Source: Phaeosaccion multiseriatum | Taxonomy: Eukaryota > Protista > Ochrophyta, other classes | Length of the DNA stretch: 64,000 bases | Assembly: GCA_965112735.1 (NCBI GenBank) | Contig: OZ218951.1 | Location: 2,108,001 to 2,172,000, forward strand | Direction: 5' to 3' | Part shown: positions 11,658 to 23,465 of the stretch, in pieces | How positions within the stretch are numbered: the stretch's first letter is position 1 | How the letters are laid out: every line of letters starts with the position of its first letter | Made by a program: the position numbers and the translations under genes | Notes under the pieces: model-generated | What the model saw: only the letters and a program-made list of their open reading frames with translations | The model's database searches: none | Told to the model about the DNA's origin: nothing

Positions 11658-12841
11658 ATGAACCTCTCTCTCTTCGCTCTCTTCACCCTGCTCCTTGTCG
11701 CAGTGCTCTCCAGCGCCGCCCGAGTCCCTGACACCTTCCCCGAGGCCCGCGAACTGCAGGAGTAAGTTCCATGAGCATCGAAAGGGGGGAAGATCTTTTG
11801 CCCCGCTCTTGTCGCCTCATTCGAACACACCTGCTCTTGAGCCCGCTGTCCCTCCTCTGCCTCGCAACCCCCCGACTCATTGCCCGCCTCCGTGCGCTTC
11901 TCTCCCCCTCCTCCTCTCTTGACATCCGCCTCCACCGCCTCCACTCCCCCGGGCTCGCGCTTCGTCCTCTCCTGTGACGTTTCCTCTCCATCGACCTCAC
12001 GGACTGCGCCAACAATAGCGACGGAAACGATGAAGATGACTTCGGGGATAATGGCGACCGCCGCGCCCGCAAACTGTAAGCCCCCAAGTGAACTTGCATG
12101 CTCAAGCGGAGTCTTCTTCTCCTCACTCTACTCTCTTCTCTCCACTGCTCCTCTCTTCTCGGCCCTGCGGGTCACACCGCGGACCGGGCTTCTATCAACT
12201 TCGGTCTTCACTTGTATCGACAACAGCCAAGCATCGCCCACACCTGCGCCCTCTGGCAACCGCCGCGCCCGCAAGCTGCAGGAGTAAGTTCCCCCCTCGC
12301 GCCCTCTTTGCGTCCCTCCCTGGGTTTCTCTCTCCGTCCCCTCCTCTCCCGGCTTTACACTTGCCTTCTTCTTGACACCTTCCTCTCCGCCCCTACCCTT
12401 ACGCTTCTTCCCTCTCCTGTCCTATCTCCATCGCGCGCCATCTGCACACCATCGTCGCGTCGTGTCAGGAACGGAGACGAAGAAGATGACTTCGGGGATG
12501 ATGGCGATGAAGATGGCTTAGGGGATGATCGCGACCGCCACGCCCGCAAACTGTAAGCCCCCAAGTGAACTGCATGCTCAAGCGGAGTCTTCTTCTCCTC
12601 ACTCTACTCTCTTCTCTCCACTTCTCCTCTCTTCTCGGCCCTGCGCTTCACACCGCGGACCGGGCTTCTATGGCTTCTATCAACTTCGGTCTTCATTTAC
12701 ATCGACAACAGCCAAGCATCACCCACACCTGCGCCCTCTACGTAAGTTCCAGCTCGGCGTTTTCCGCTCTTCTTTTTGCTTACTCCACCTCCGTATCGTA
12801 GTCCTTCTTTTCGCTGCAGAGGAGCCGACTGCCGCAACTGA
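11658..12841 (+). CDS. Secreted RxL-delimited peptide precursor, acidic/Pro-rich (6 micro-exons)
   Basis: Exons 11658-11761, 12019-12075, 12227-12283, 12469-12552, 12712-12741, 12820-12841. All donors GTAAG, all introns phase 2. Product: MNLSLFALFTLLLVAVLSSAARVPDTFPEAREL-QDDGNDEDDFGDNGDRRARKL-QASPTPAPSGNRRARKL-QENGDEEDDFGDDGDEDGLGDDRDRHARKL-QASPTPAPSTGADCRN*. Confidence 0.85.
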
Positions 12842-13689
12842 GCGATGTCCTTCTTCAAGGCGTGCAAGCTTTGGTCAAGCTGTTTGGTGGGAACTCCGTG
12901 GGAGAGCTCCGTGCGTTGTCAGCGTAGGGCAGAGGGCACGGGAGATTTAACAATTTATGCTTGATAAGTCCAACCTCGTCACCTCGGTATGCTTCTTACA
13001 TCTTGGGCGGAGAACGACGAAAGTTCGTGTAGCACGAAGGCATGCAGGGCGGTGCTGTCGCTGTGGCTACTGCCCCTGCTTCTCCTCGTGCTGGAACCGC
13101 TTCGGCTCCGGGTCGTGGAGGTGCTCGCTTGCTGTCGCCCTCGTCGCCACTCCTGGAGTCGGAAAGGGCAGCCGCCTCAGTTGGGGTGGCGAGGGGGCAG
13201 TGGCGCCGGCGGCCTCCTCGCTGCTGACGTACTCGGGCTCCTGCCCCTCGGCCCACGCTCCCCTTCCCTGGTCATCGACCTGCAGATCCACATGGATGGG
13301 AGGTGGTGCCTGGTCGAGGCAATTGTGGTAGCTTGTAGAGGAAATCGACGGCGGACGGTAGTAGCTATGTGAGTATGCATCTCACAGCCGAACAAAGTGT
13401 GGTGGATCTCGAGAGAACCGATGGGGGCCCGTTAGAGTACTGCACCACAGACTAAGTGTCCGTAGTGGTGCCTCCGATTAACCTTGCTCCAAGGAGTTGA
13501 CGCCTAAGAGGTACCTATCTCGATCTGTCTCAGGTAAAGAACTAAGGGGAGAGGAGGGGATGTGGGACACGGGCCCGTTACTTTTGGCAACGGCACTCAT
13601 ACCTATACGTGAAGGTCTTACGGACCCTTCCTCTCCCTACTAGCCCCCGGGAGAGAATGTTCCTGCTGCTAGATGGCACAGTAAGCGGC

Positions 13690-15600
13690 CTAGGCCTAGA
13701 CACCTCTAGGCCTATAGGTGGGATGGAGCCGAAGTGAGGGAGTGAGGGGGGTGAGTGAGGGAGTGAGTGAGGGAAGGATGGAGTGCTGTGTGAGTGAGAG
13801 AGGGGGGAGTAGTGAGGGTGGGGAGTGAGTGAAGGCTTGGGTGCGTGCGTGCGTGCGTGAGTGAGAGTGAGTGCGTGCGGGAGTGATTGGGTACGCGAGG
13901 GACTGAGGGAGTGAGGGGGGTCTGCCAGGAAGTGAGGGAGTGAGGGAGTAAAAGCGTGACGGAGGGAGGGTGGGAGGGAGGGAGGGAAGGAGGGAGGGGA
14001 GTGGGTGAGTGAGTGAGGGGGGGGAGATGGATGGAGGGAGGGAGGGAGGGAGGGAGGGAGGGAGGGAGAGAGGGAGGGAGGGAGGGAGGGAGGGAGGGAG
14101 GGAGGGAGGGAGGGAGGGAGGGAGGGAGGGAGGGAGGGAGGGAGGGAGGGAGGGAGGGAGGGAGGGAGGGAGGGAGGGAGGGAGGGAGGGAGGGAGGGAG
14201 GGAGGGAGGGAGGGAGGGAGGGAGGGAGGGAGGGAGGGAGGGAGGGAGGGAGGGAGGGAGGGAGGGAGGGAGGGAGGGAGGGAGGGAGGGAGGGAGGGAG
14301 GGAGGGAGGGAGGGAGGGAGGGAGGGAGGGAGGGAGGGAGGGAGGGAGGGAGGGAGGGAGGGAGGGAGGGAGGGAGGGAGGGAGGGAGGGAGGGAGGGAG
14401 GGAGGGAGGGAGGGAGGGAGGGAGGGAGGGAGGGAGGGAGGGAGGGAGGGAGGGAGGGAGGGAGGGAGGGAGGGAGGGAGGGAGGGAGGGAGGGAGGGAG
14501 GGAGGGAGGGAGGGAGGGAGGGAGGGAGGGAGGGAGGGAGGGAGGGAGGGAGGGAGGGAGGGAGGGAGGGAGGGAGGGAGGGAGGGAGGGAGGGAGGGAG
14601 GGAGGGAGGGAGGGAGGGAGGGAGGGAGGGAGGAGGGAGGGAGGGAGGGAGGGAGGGAGGGAGGGAGGGAGGGAGGGAGGGAGGGAGGGAGGAAAGGAGG
14701 AAGGGAGAGGGGAGGGAAGATGGAGGGAGAGACGGAGGAGGGAGTGAGGGAGTGAATGAGTGAGTGACACCTCTGGGCCTATAGTGGGGATGGAGCCGGA
14801 GTGAGGGAGTGAGGGGGATGCGTGAGGGAGTGAGGGGGTGGGTGAGGGAAGGATGGAGTGCTGCATGAGTGAGAGAGGGGTGAGTAGTGAGGTTGGGGAG
14901 TGAGTGAGGGCTTGGGTGCGTGCGTGCGGGAGTGATTGGGTGGGCGAGGGACTGAGGGAGTGAGGGAGGTCTGCCAGGAAGTGAGGGATTGAGGGAGTAA
15001 AAGCGTGACGGAGGGAGGGTGGGAGGAAGGGAGGGAGGGGAGTGGGTGAGTAGGTGAGGGAGGGAGGGAGGGAGGGAGGGAGGGAGGGAGGGAGGGAGGG
15101 AGGAGAGAGGGAGGGAGGGAGAGAGGGAGGGCGGGAGAGAGGGAGGGAGGGAGGGAGCGAGGGAGGGAGGGAGGGAGGGAGGGCGGGAGGGAGGGAAGGA
15201 GGGAGGAGAGGGAGGGAGGGAGGGATGGAGGGGGGGAGGGAGGGAGGGAGAGACGGGAGTGAGTGAGTGAATGAGTGAATGAATGAGTGAGTGAGTGAGT
15301 GAGTGAGTGAGTGAGTGAGTGAGTGGGTGAGTGAGTGAGTGAGTGAGTGAGTGAGTGAGTGAGTGAGTGATGGAGGGAGGGAGGGAGGGCGGGAGGGAGG
15401 GAAGGAAGGGAGGGAGGGAGGAAGGAGGAAGGGAGAGAGGGAGGGAAGAGGGAGAGACGGAGGAGGGAGTGAGGAAGTGAATGAGTGAGTGCGTGCATGC
15501 GAGCGTGCGAGTGCGTGCGTCCGTGTGTCTCGCGTGAGTGAGTGAGTGAGGAGTGGGTGAGTGAGTGCTGGAAAGCGTGCGTGTTTGTGTGAGTGGGTGA
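13690..15600. repeat. Compound (GGAG)n/(GAGT)n microsatellite block with an internal ~1.07 kb direct duplication
   Basis: Near-pure GGAG run ~14035-14690. gacacctct(a/g)ggcctatag..gggatggagccg heads two similar segments at ~13700 and ~14766. Confidence 0.9.
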
Positions 15601-15875
15601 GGGGTGCGTAGGGGCTGGGGATGGAAGGGGGAAGGGGAAAAGAAGATAGGAGGAGGAGTGGTGAAGCAGCTTGTTCTTACGTTATTACCACCTACACTCA
15701 CACCAACCTCCTTGGACGTCTCTCTCTCCTTCATCCTCCTACCTACCCCACAGCCTCTCACGCTGACCTCTGCTCCACCCCATCAACACTGCCTCTGCAA
15801 GTCTGACGAGGGCCATTTTCGTCCCCTTCCTTCTCAACGCCCTGGCCAAACCGCAGGCGAGAGGTGCCGCTTTCA

Positions 15876-17448
15876 TCATGCCATCTCCTCCGCCACCTCC
15901 TGCAGCACGTCAGGGCCAATCTCTCTCTGGGACACCTTCAGCCTCCCTTCCTTGCCAAAGACAGGGTCAATGTCCCGCATCAGGTCCAGCGCGCTTTGTG
16001 ACGCAAAGTGCTGCCTGTCGGCGGTCAGGAGGAATTCTACAATACGGGCTTCATCGCGATCCTCTCGCGCTTTGATCAGAGCCTTTGACAGTGAGGCCCC
16101 TCCTGAGAGCAGCTCCAGCGCCGCCCCGCTGTGGCCATTCAATGCTGCACAAAACAAGGCCGTTCCGCTGCTGACACTGCCCTCATTGTCAGGATCAGCC
16201 CCTGCAGACAGGAGCTCATGAATCACTGCCCCATGACCAAACGCGGCAGCCAGCAACAAAGGCGTACCCCCCACCCCAGTCAGCATTTCCACATCGGCAC
16301 TTGCTGAGATGAGCTCCTCCACGACACGAGCATGACCTCCATGAGATGCCAAGTGTATCGCCCCCCACCCGTCGCCACCCATGGCATTCAACTCTGCACC
16401 CGCCCTGAGCAGCTTTCGCACAATACTTCTGTGCCCTTCCATAGACGCTCCCATCAACGCACTTCTCCCCTCCTCACCATTGCGGCGTTCGAGTTTCGCG
16501 CCGGCTGCGAGGAGCTGATCCACCACAATGCCATGTCCATGTTGGCTTGCAAGATATAGAGCGCATCCCACTGGCTGCGGCCTCCTAAATTCGCCTCCGC
16601 CCCGGAGATGAGGAGCAGCTGCGTGACCCTGTGGTGTCAGTTTCGTGTGGCCATCGTCAAGGGGGTGCGGCCCCAAACATTTCTGTCATCAAAGTGGTTG
16701 GGATCAGCGCCGGCCGACAGCAGCTGCTGCACCACCGCAAGATGTCCTCGATGGGAGGCCACTACCAATGGCGTAAAGCCTACGGAATCTGTCATATCGA
16801 CCTCCGCGCCGGCTGAGAGCAGCTACTGCACCACCGCATGATGGCCGTCCTGTGCCGAATGGGTCAACGCTGTGGAACCTTCACTGTCAACCCAGTCCAC
16901 GCTGGCACCGGCGGAAACCAGCTTGTGCACCACCACAACGGCCCCCTCCGAGGAGGCCGTCATGAGAGCCGTGTTTCTCTCCATCGTTACTGCATTGACG
17001 TCCGCACCAGCAGAGACAAGCCGTGGTACAATAGCAGCAGCATCCTTTACCGTACATACACCCATTAACGCAGTCAACCCGTACACCCAATTTGCAGCAT
17101 TCGCCGACGCCCCCTCTTGCAGCAGAAGAGCTATGATGTCACCCCGCCCTTCACATATAGCTGCGGGTAGGGCAACCCACTCTCTCTTATCGAGGGGCTC
17201 GTCCAAGCATGCCTTGCTCCCTCCGTTTTCAGCGACGAGGGCTCTCACCGCCCCTTTCACCTTTTTTTACGCTCTGGCCACTGATGATGGCTCCCTTCAG
17301 GCGGGTGGCCTGCCACAAGGGGAAAAAGGAGCAGCGCGAGTGTAAGAGGGGGGCATGCATGGACCGAGCGAGTGGGTGCGTCGTTCGAGGGAGGGACAAG
17401 GGGGGAGTTTGAAAATTTGTAGACCTCAGTGCTGAGGGTCCTTTACAT
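15876..17448 (-). pseudogene. Ankyrin-repeat protein family B copy 1 (paralog of family A)
   Basis: Short exon 1 starts ATG-TAA (ATG-CAA in copy 2). Exon 2 begins ATRLKGAI. In-frame TAG at 16823 plus frameshifts. C-terminus SQSALDLMRDIDPVFGKE...VAEEMA is homologous to family A. Confidence 0.8.
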
Positions 17449-17718
17449 GGTTGAGCAAGGCAGAAAGAGAGAGGGGGAGAGAAGGGTGCTGTGCTCGTGT
17501 AAGAGGCAAAAGACAGGCACCGCTCATCTAGGCAGCGGCTGCGCGGACGTGTCTGTCAGCACTCAACACAGCCATCGGCATCTGTGAACCCCCCTATCAC
17601 CAAACCAACTACTGTACATACGCCCTACGCCACATATAAGTTTAATTGAGCAAAAGCAGAGCCTTCTGTAGCTCCCTAGTCAGCAGCACCCTCTAAAGGG
17701 CGGGGCCGCTTGCTCACC
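17449..17718. promoter_or_regulatory. Putative bidirectional promoter between head-to-head ankyrin B and A genes
   Basis: 270 bp between divergent ATGs, conserved at 30196-30499. GC box ggggcggggc-like sequence lies just upstream of the family A ATG. No functional data. Confidence 0.45.
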
Positions 17719-19234
17719 ATGGCGCAGCAGGCAACTTTTACGCCCGAGGTACGGATGTAGCGTCCTGCCTCCGATAAGGTGGTATCATTTTTAAAATAGG
17801 AGAGATGGGTATGAAGCTGCGAAGCTCGCGTGTCGACCTATGAGCCGCTCTCCGTTGATCCCTTTTTGTCCGGTTTATGCGCCCTCTCCCCCCTTAACTC
17901 CTTTCCCTCCACAACACCAGGCGCGGCGACTCGGACAGGCTCTGGCAAGGGGAGATAGCTTCCTCACTGTGAGAGCGCTGATTGGGAAGCTCATCGCCAA
18001 GCACGGCAAAGCGAGTTTGGATCAGCCTATCGATGAAGAGGGCTATTCGTCTGCACTCTGCGCTTCAAGATACGGTCGACTGGATGTCGTGGACCTTCTG
18101 TTGCGGGAAGGGGCCTCCTTCAGAACCAGAGGCGGGCCCTTTGGAGACACGCCGTTGATAGGCGCTGCCGGCAACGGACACGATCAGGTGGTGAGGCGGC
18201 TGTTGGTTATTGGAGCCCCTTTCGACGAAGCGAATGACGCAGGAGTTACTCCCTTGATGGCAGCCTCAGGTAGAGGGCACTCAACGATAGTGCAGCGGCT
18301 GCTTTCGGCGCGCGCTAGTGTCGACTTGGCGGAGAAGCAGGGGTTTTCTCCGATTTGGATGGCCGCTCACAACGGGCATGGCTCTGTTGTAAGGCTCCTC
18401 ATCTCAGCCCAAGCGGATGTGAACCACGCAGATAATCTCGGGGCTACTCCGCTTCTGCAGGCATCGACCTATGGGCGTGCGGGAATTGTACAGCAGCTCA
18501 TCAGGGCTCACGCCATCATCGACAAGGCTGACCACGAAGATTTCACTGCTCTTCACCTTGCCTCTCAATATGGACACGACGCCGTGGTGGAGAAGCTTCT
18601 CTGTGCGGGAGCACAGGTAGACAAATGGACCACCACCGGTAATTCATCCCTCATCCTTGCCGCGCAGAATGGGCACGAGGCCGTCGTCGCTCGTCTGATC
18701 TCTGCGGGATCCCCCATCGACAAGGCTGACCCCGAAGGTTTCACTGCTCTTCATATCGCCTCTCAAGATGGACACGACGCCGTGGTGGAGAAGCTTCTCT
18801 GTGCGGGAGCACAGGTGGACAAAGGGGCCAACAATGGCGCAACACCCCTCGAACTTGCCGCGCTGAATGGGCACGAGGCCGTCGTCGCTCGTCTCATCTC
18901 TGTGGGATCCCCCGTGGATGCCTCAAGAGTAAACGTCCCTTCCCCGCTGGTTGCCGCTATCTGCAGGGATCAGCACAGCATTGTGCGGCAGCTCCTCTCG
19001 GCCGGTGCTTCGGTGGACAAGGCGTTGGCTGGGGCACGGCGGTGTCAGTTCGGCCTCGGCATCGAGCAGCGACTTATGGAGGCAGCAGCAGCCTTCTTCC
19101 GGTCCCAAACCGCGCTGGACCTCATGCGAAGGACGGATAAGACCTTCGGCAAGGAGAGCGGAATCCTGCCGCTGGAGAGGCCCGGGGGGGTGCAGAGCGA
19201 GACGTGGGAGAGCATGGCGGAGGAGATGGGCTGA
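17719..19234 (+). CDS. Ankyrin-repeat protein family A copy 3 (intact)
   Basis: Exon 1 17719-17748 (MAQQATFTPE|gtacgg). Exon 2 17921-19234 is open throughout. Fewer repeats than copy 2. Confidence 0.88.
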
Positions 19235-20298
19235 ACGAGCAGGAGGGATGTGCGGGGTGGGGGCTGGTAGGGCAGCGACGACTTTGGCAACGAAAGAGTA
19301 CCGCTCCAGCTTGCTCAGTTGCACCAGTCATGCCGCCCATGCGAGTGAGCCTGTACATCAGGATGTGATGCGCGAGAGAGACTGCCCACGGCACACTGGC
19401 TTGGTGTAACAGCGGTGAAGTGATTGCGATCCTCTGTCGCAGAGAGGAGCGGAGCACAGGAGGTAGGGGGTCGGGGGGGGAGGGGAGTCACGTGTGTAGC
19501 TTACGGGATCAATGGGTGAAGTGTATGGCTTGAGGGGGGGGGGGAGAGGGAAGGTCAATTCGTTTGAAGGGGGGAGAGTGTAATCCCGATGGACCGAGGC
19601 CGAGGGCTTGCTGTGCCCGCATGTAGTCGTAGTCGTAGCTTAGAAGGGTACTGCCTTGATAAACACACAATGATAAAAGATGAACGCCAGGTCCTAGGCG
19701 GGGGTCGTGCTCGTGTGGAGGCAAAAGGCAGGCACCGCTCATCTAGGCAGCAGCTGCGCGGTCGCGTCTGTCCGCACTCAACACAGCCTTGCTGCCGCTG
19801 CCCCCTCGCCCCAAGCAACGGAACTCCCCCCCTCCTGCGATCCAAGGCATGGGATCTTGCCTCATAGACTTGGATCAGCAGTTTGTTCTGGCTTGGAGTG
19901 AGAATGCTCTCCGCGTGCGAGTCGCCTTACAAGGGAGAGGAAGCACTCAAGGAGCACACATGTCGGGGCCGAGACATCGCTCTGAGAAGGATCTTAAGTT
20001 GCGTGACTGAATATTAATGCAAATTATTATATCAGATAAATAAGGATCCTTTCTCTCTACCTATGGTCACACGAAGCTTGTTGTTGTCGAAAGCTGCGGA
20101 TGCAATTATTATATCAAATAAATAAATAAATAAATAAATAAGGATCCTTTCTCTCTGCCTATGGTCACACGAAGCTTGTTGTTGTCGAAAGCTGCGGAGC
20201 ACCGAGCACCTGGTGGTGAAGGTGCTTGCCATCAGAGCAGCGACGGACCCGAAAGATGGGCGGGGCGGAGGTAGGCCCATCCGGAAGATGGACATCGC

Positions 20299-21014
20299 TC
20301 ACCAGCTGCATCGCGAAGGAGAAGGCGAAGAGAGGAGGACAGATGTGAGACAGCGTGGAAGCATATACTCAGCCAGTCCCCACTTGCCCCACCAGCACTC
20401 ACCCTCCCCACTTGCCCCACTTGCCCCACTTGCCCCACTTGCCCCATCCGCCCCATCCGCCCCAGTGGTAGCTGTTATCGCCAGGGGTAAAGGATGCCCA
20501 AGAAGTTGAGCGGGGGGGGGCGCACACGATCCGGGTCGATGGCGGCGGAGTCAATTGGATCCGAGTAGATGAGGAGCGCGGAGTGGTAAGGGAAAGACGG
20601 TGAGAGACAGACAGTAAGCAGGTGTGAGCGATGTAGGGAGACGTCACTTACAGTTTGCGTCCCCTCTGGTGGCCTTCGCCTCGAGAGCCGTAGCTCCTGT
20701 AGCGGAGCGGCGCCCGGAGTGAAGGTGAAGAGCGACGGGGGAGGGACGAAGGGCGGAACGGAGGCGGCAGGGGCAAAAGCGAGCGTACAACATATGTCGA
20801 GCGGAGCGTGAGGCAGAGAAGAGGTGTGCGAGAGCCGAGAAGAGGAGAGCGGAGCGAGTGTAGAGGACGTGCACGGGCACAAGCAGGCAAGATCCGATCC
20901 TTGAACTTACAGCTTGCGGGCCGGCTTGTCCTTGATGGTGTCGGGGACTTCGGCGGCGCCGGAGAGCACTGCCACGAAGAGCAGGGCGAAGAGAGTGAGG
21001 ATGACGCGAGTCAT
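20299..21014 (-). CDS. Trp/Gly/Lys-rich RxL peptide precursor, copy 2
   Basis: Same four-exon structure as 8273-8985. Terminal peptide [24 protein letters not shown], with one more Lys-Trp-Gly unit and frame preserved. Confidence 0.8.
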
Positions 21015-22585
21015 GGTGCTTTGCTGGTAGTCTTGCGGCAGTAGCGAGGCCTGAGGCAACTGTGGTTGTGAGCAAGGCAGAGAAAAACAAAAAAAAATGC
21101 ACCCCTCCTGGAGCCCTTTTTTTGGACCACCCCCCTTGATAAGTGATCGTGACAACCCGTGCCAAGATTTGCAGGTGTATGGGTATGGCCAGAGGGTTGT
21201 CCGGGGCAGGTGGTCAGGCGGGAAGGCAGCGGACGAGGTTCCTTTGCACACTGGGTAGGAAGCGCTGGGCCCCACGCGTGCTGGTGGCGATGACGCACAG
21301 GCTGGGCGCATGGCGGAGGAAGAAGCTACGACGGCACACTGCTCTGCAAAGAGGATCGCGTGCAGCCCTGATGCTGTTCTCGCGCCTTGGGCCTGCTCTG
21401 CTGACTGTCTCCCCTCCGACTGCCTCCGCGCTGCTCCGCGGCATAGTTACAATGACTTACGTGAACACGAAGCGGGCGAGCTGTTCGGGCCCTCTACAGC
21501 GCGCCAAGCTGAGCCACCCATTCCATGTGGTTCTCACCTTTGGGACCTAAGTGTGGTGCCTCTCTCACAGGAGCACGTATTGCTGCCTACCACAGGGCCG
21601 CCCGTGTAGCGTGTTGCGCTCTGAGGAGGGGGCTACAGGGGAGGACTCAGGGCACGGAAACACCGGCCCAAGGCATGGTGAGAATCTGTGATCACGACAC
21701 GAAGAAGTTCTTCTTATACTGGACCGAGTGTCAGCATCCTATGGCATAAACACCACACCTTCTCGCGAACGAGCAGTCTCGCGGAGCTCGGGAGTGCGCG
21801 GGTCAGCCGGAAGGACCTTGCGGAGAGGCAGCCCGCAGGAGGGCAAGGCCCTGAGTCAGGCATACGAAGACAGCAGGCAGAGCGCCCGGGAAGACCGTAG
21901 GCAGAAGGCCGAGTGCAGGGGCCTGGTGACGACGATGTATTACGATACCGCAAAGGGCTGCAGCAGTTCCATCGTTGACCGCCTTCCGAATCATTTTCTC
22001 ACGTACGAAGCACGTACTGTGCAGAAGCGCCATGAGCCCAGTTCCTTACACTAACCCTAACCCTAGCCCTGTTCTGATGTGACTGTCGTGGAAGCATCAA
22101 AGAGCCAAGCCCGCGACGTAACCTGGTGCGCGGATAGCAGGACCCTGTGAGTGCTTCGGATGATCGACACTGCGATGCGCCGCTTTTCCGATGAAGCATT
22201 CGAAGCTTGGACATGAAGCTGCGGGTGAAGAGTGGCCCCCCATCCCTCGTAGTTGCCCTCCTGTCGCTCGGCTCCCTTCCCCTCCTCCCTCCCTCCCTCT
22301 CGCCTCCTGCCTCGCTCCCTTCCTCGCTCCCTCTCCCTCCCTCCCTCTCTCTCGCCCGTCCCCCGCTGCCTCTTGCCTACACTCCCCCATTCATGGCGCC
22401 GCACGAGAGGACCCCTTTCGCCAGTGAGCAAAATCTTCCAATGCCCTGGGGAGCGATAGATATCAGTGCCTTCCTTCGGTGGGCGCTGTGCTCGTCACAG
22501 GCCTAACCCGGCCAACTATATCGCGACCCCTTCGCCTACCACTCCCATCCGTGATCATCCCACATGCACCGGCGGCCCTCAGTCC

Positions 22586-23465
22586 TCAGTTCTCGCAGTT
22601 GCAGGGGAGGCCATTGGCGTGCGCCCACCGCTTCATGTCCTCAAAGGCGTCCTTCCTCCCCGCCCTCCACCTACCCGTGTTGAGCAGCACATCCGGAAAT
22701 GAACCCTGGTTCCATGGACACATGGCGCTCGGCAGCCAATTGGTAGGCTTTCGGCGTACTTGACAGCAAAGAAACAAACAATATAAGGTCCCTCTTGCAC
22801 AGCACCTCCAAGTGCCCTCCCCCGCAGCCCAGGTAGCCCCCCATCGCCACTCTCTACCACCCGCTGCCGCCTCAAGCTCAGGCCTGACTCTGCGGTGATT
22901 CAGAAGCATCTCCAGCACATTGATACATCCCTTGTGCGCAGCCTCGCTCCACACACCCCAGTCCAATGGAGTAAATGCCTCATCCGACAACAGCCACGTG
23001 AGCATGTCCACGTCCCCTCTCAATGCGGCTTGAGTGCAAGTATACTCGTTCCAGGGGCATGGTCTCTTGTTAGGGCTTTCCGAGCGGAGCCACTTGAGAA
23101 TACTCGTGCCGTGCTTGGCATTCTCGGCAGCGCCTTGGCACACTTTCTCGCCCCATGCGCAGCCGTGGCGATGGAGGGCCTTGGCCTTGGCCTTGGCCTC
23201 GCAGATGCTCACATCTCCCCACAAGGCTGTAGCGTGGAAAAAACTGACGCGCGCCCGCCGTAGATTCGAATAGAAGAGAGGTCTCCAACCGGGGATAAGC
23301 GGCGCTGTACAGCCTCTTCCAGTCCTTGCTCACACCAGCGACGAAGATGCCCTTCCCCCACAATGGCCAGCCAGGACCTTCCGCCTCATGTCCTCCAGCG
23401 CCAGCACCTTGGCACGGGGCGAAGGCTCCTCCGCGTAGAAGAAGGGGCGCTATCCCCCCTCTGTG
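22586..23465 (-). pseudogene. F-box-like/CPW-type ankyrin pseudogene, copy 2
   Basis: Near-identical to 10558-11430, with slightly different indels. Confidence 0.7.

Noticed and set aside
11658-11765. RxLR effector or Plasmodium PEXEL export signal (RELQ, RKLQE)
   Set aside because: The motif repeats at every module end and has no downstream effector domain. Polyprotein processing explains it better, and nothing indicates a parasitic host.
13102-13732. Possible second element with TCGGCTCC...GGAGCCGA ends like the 50 kb MITE
   Set aside because: The inverted match is only ~9 bp (ttcggctcc/ggagccgaa) with no TSD, so chance cannot be excluded.
13578-15761. Long PPSL / GGRE ORFs (also 26-28 kb, 50.5-52 kb, 61-63.9 kb)
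   Set aside because: Stop-free translations of GGAG, GA, CA and 12-mer microsatellites, not genes.
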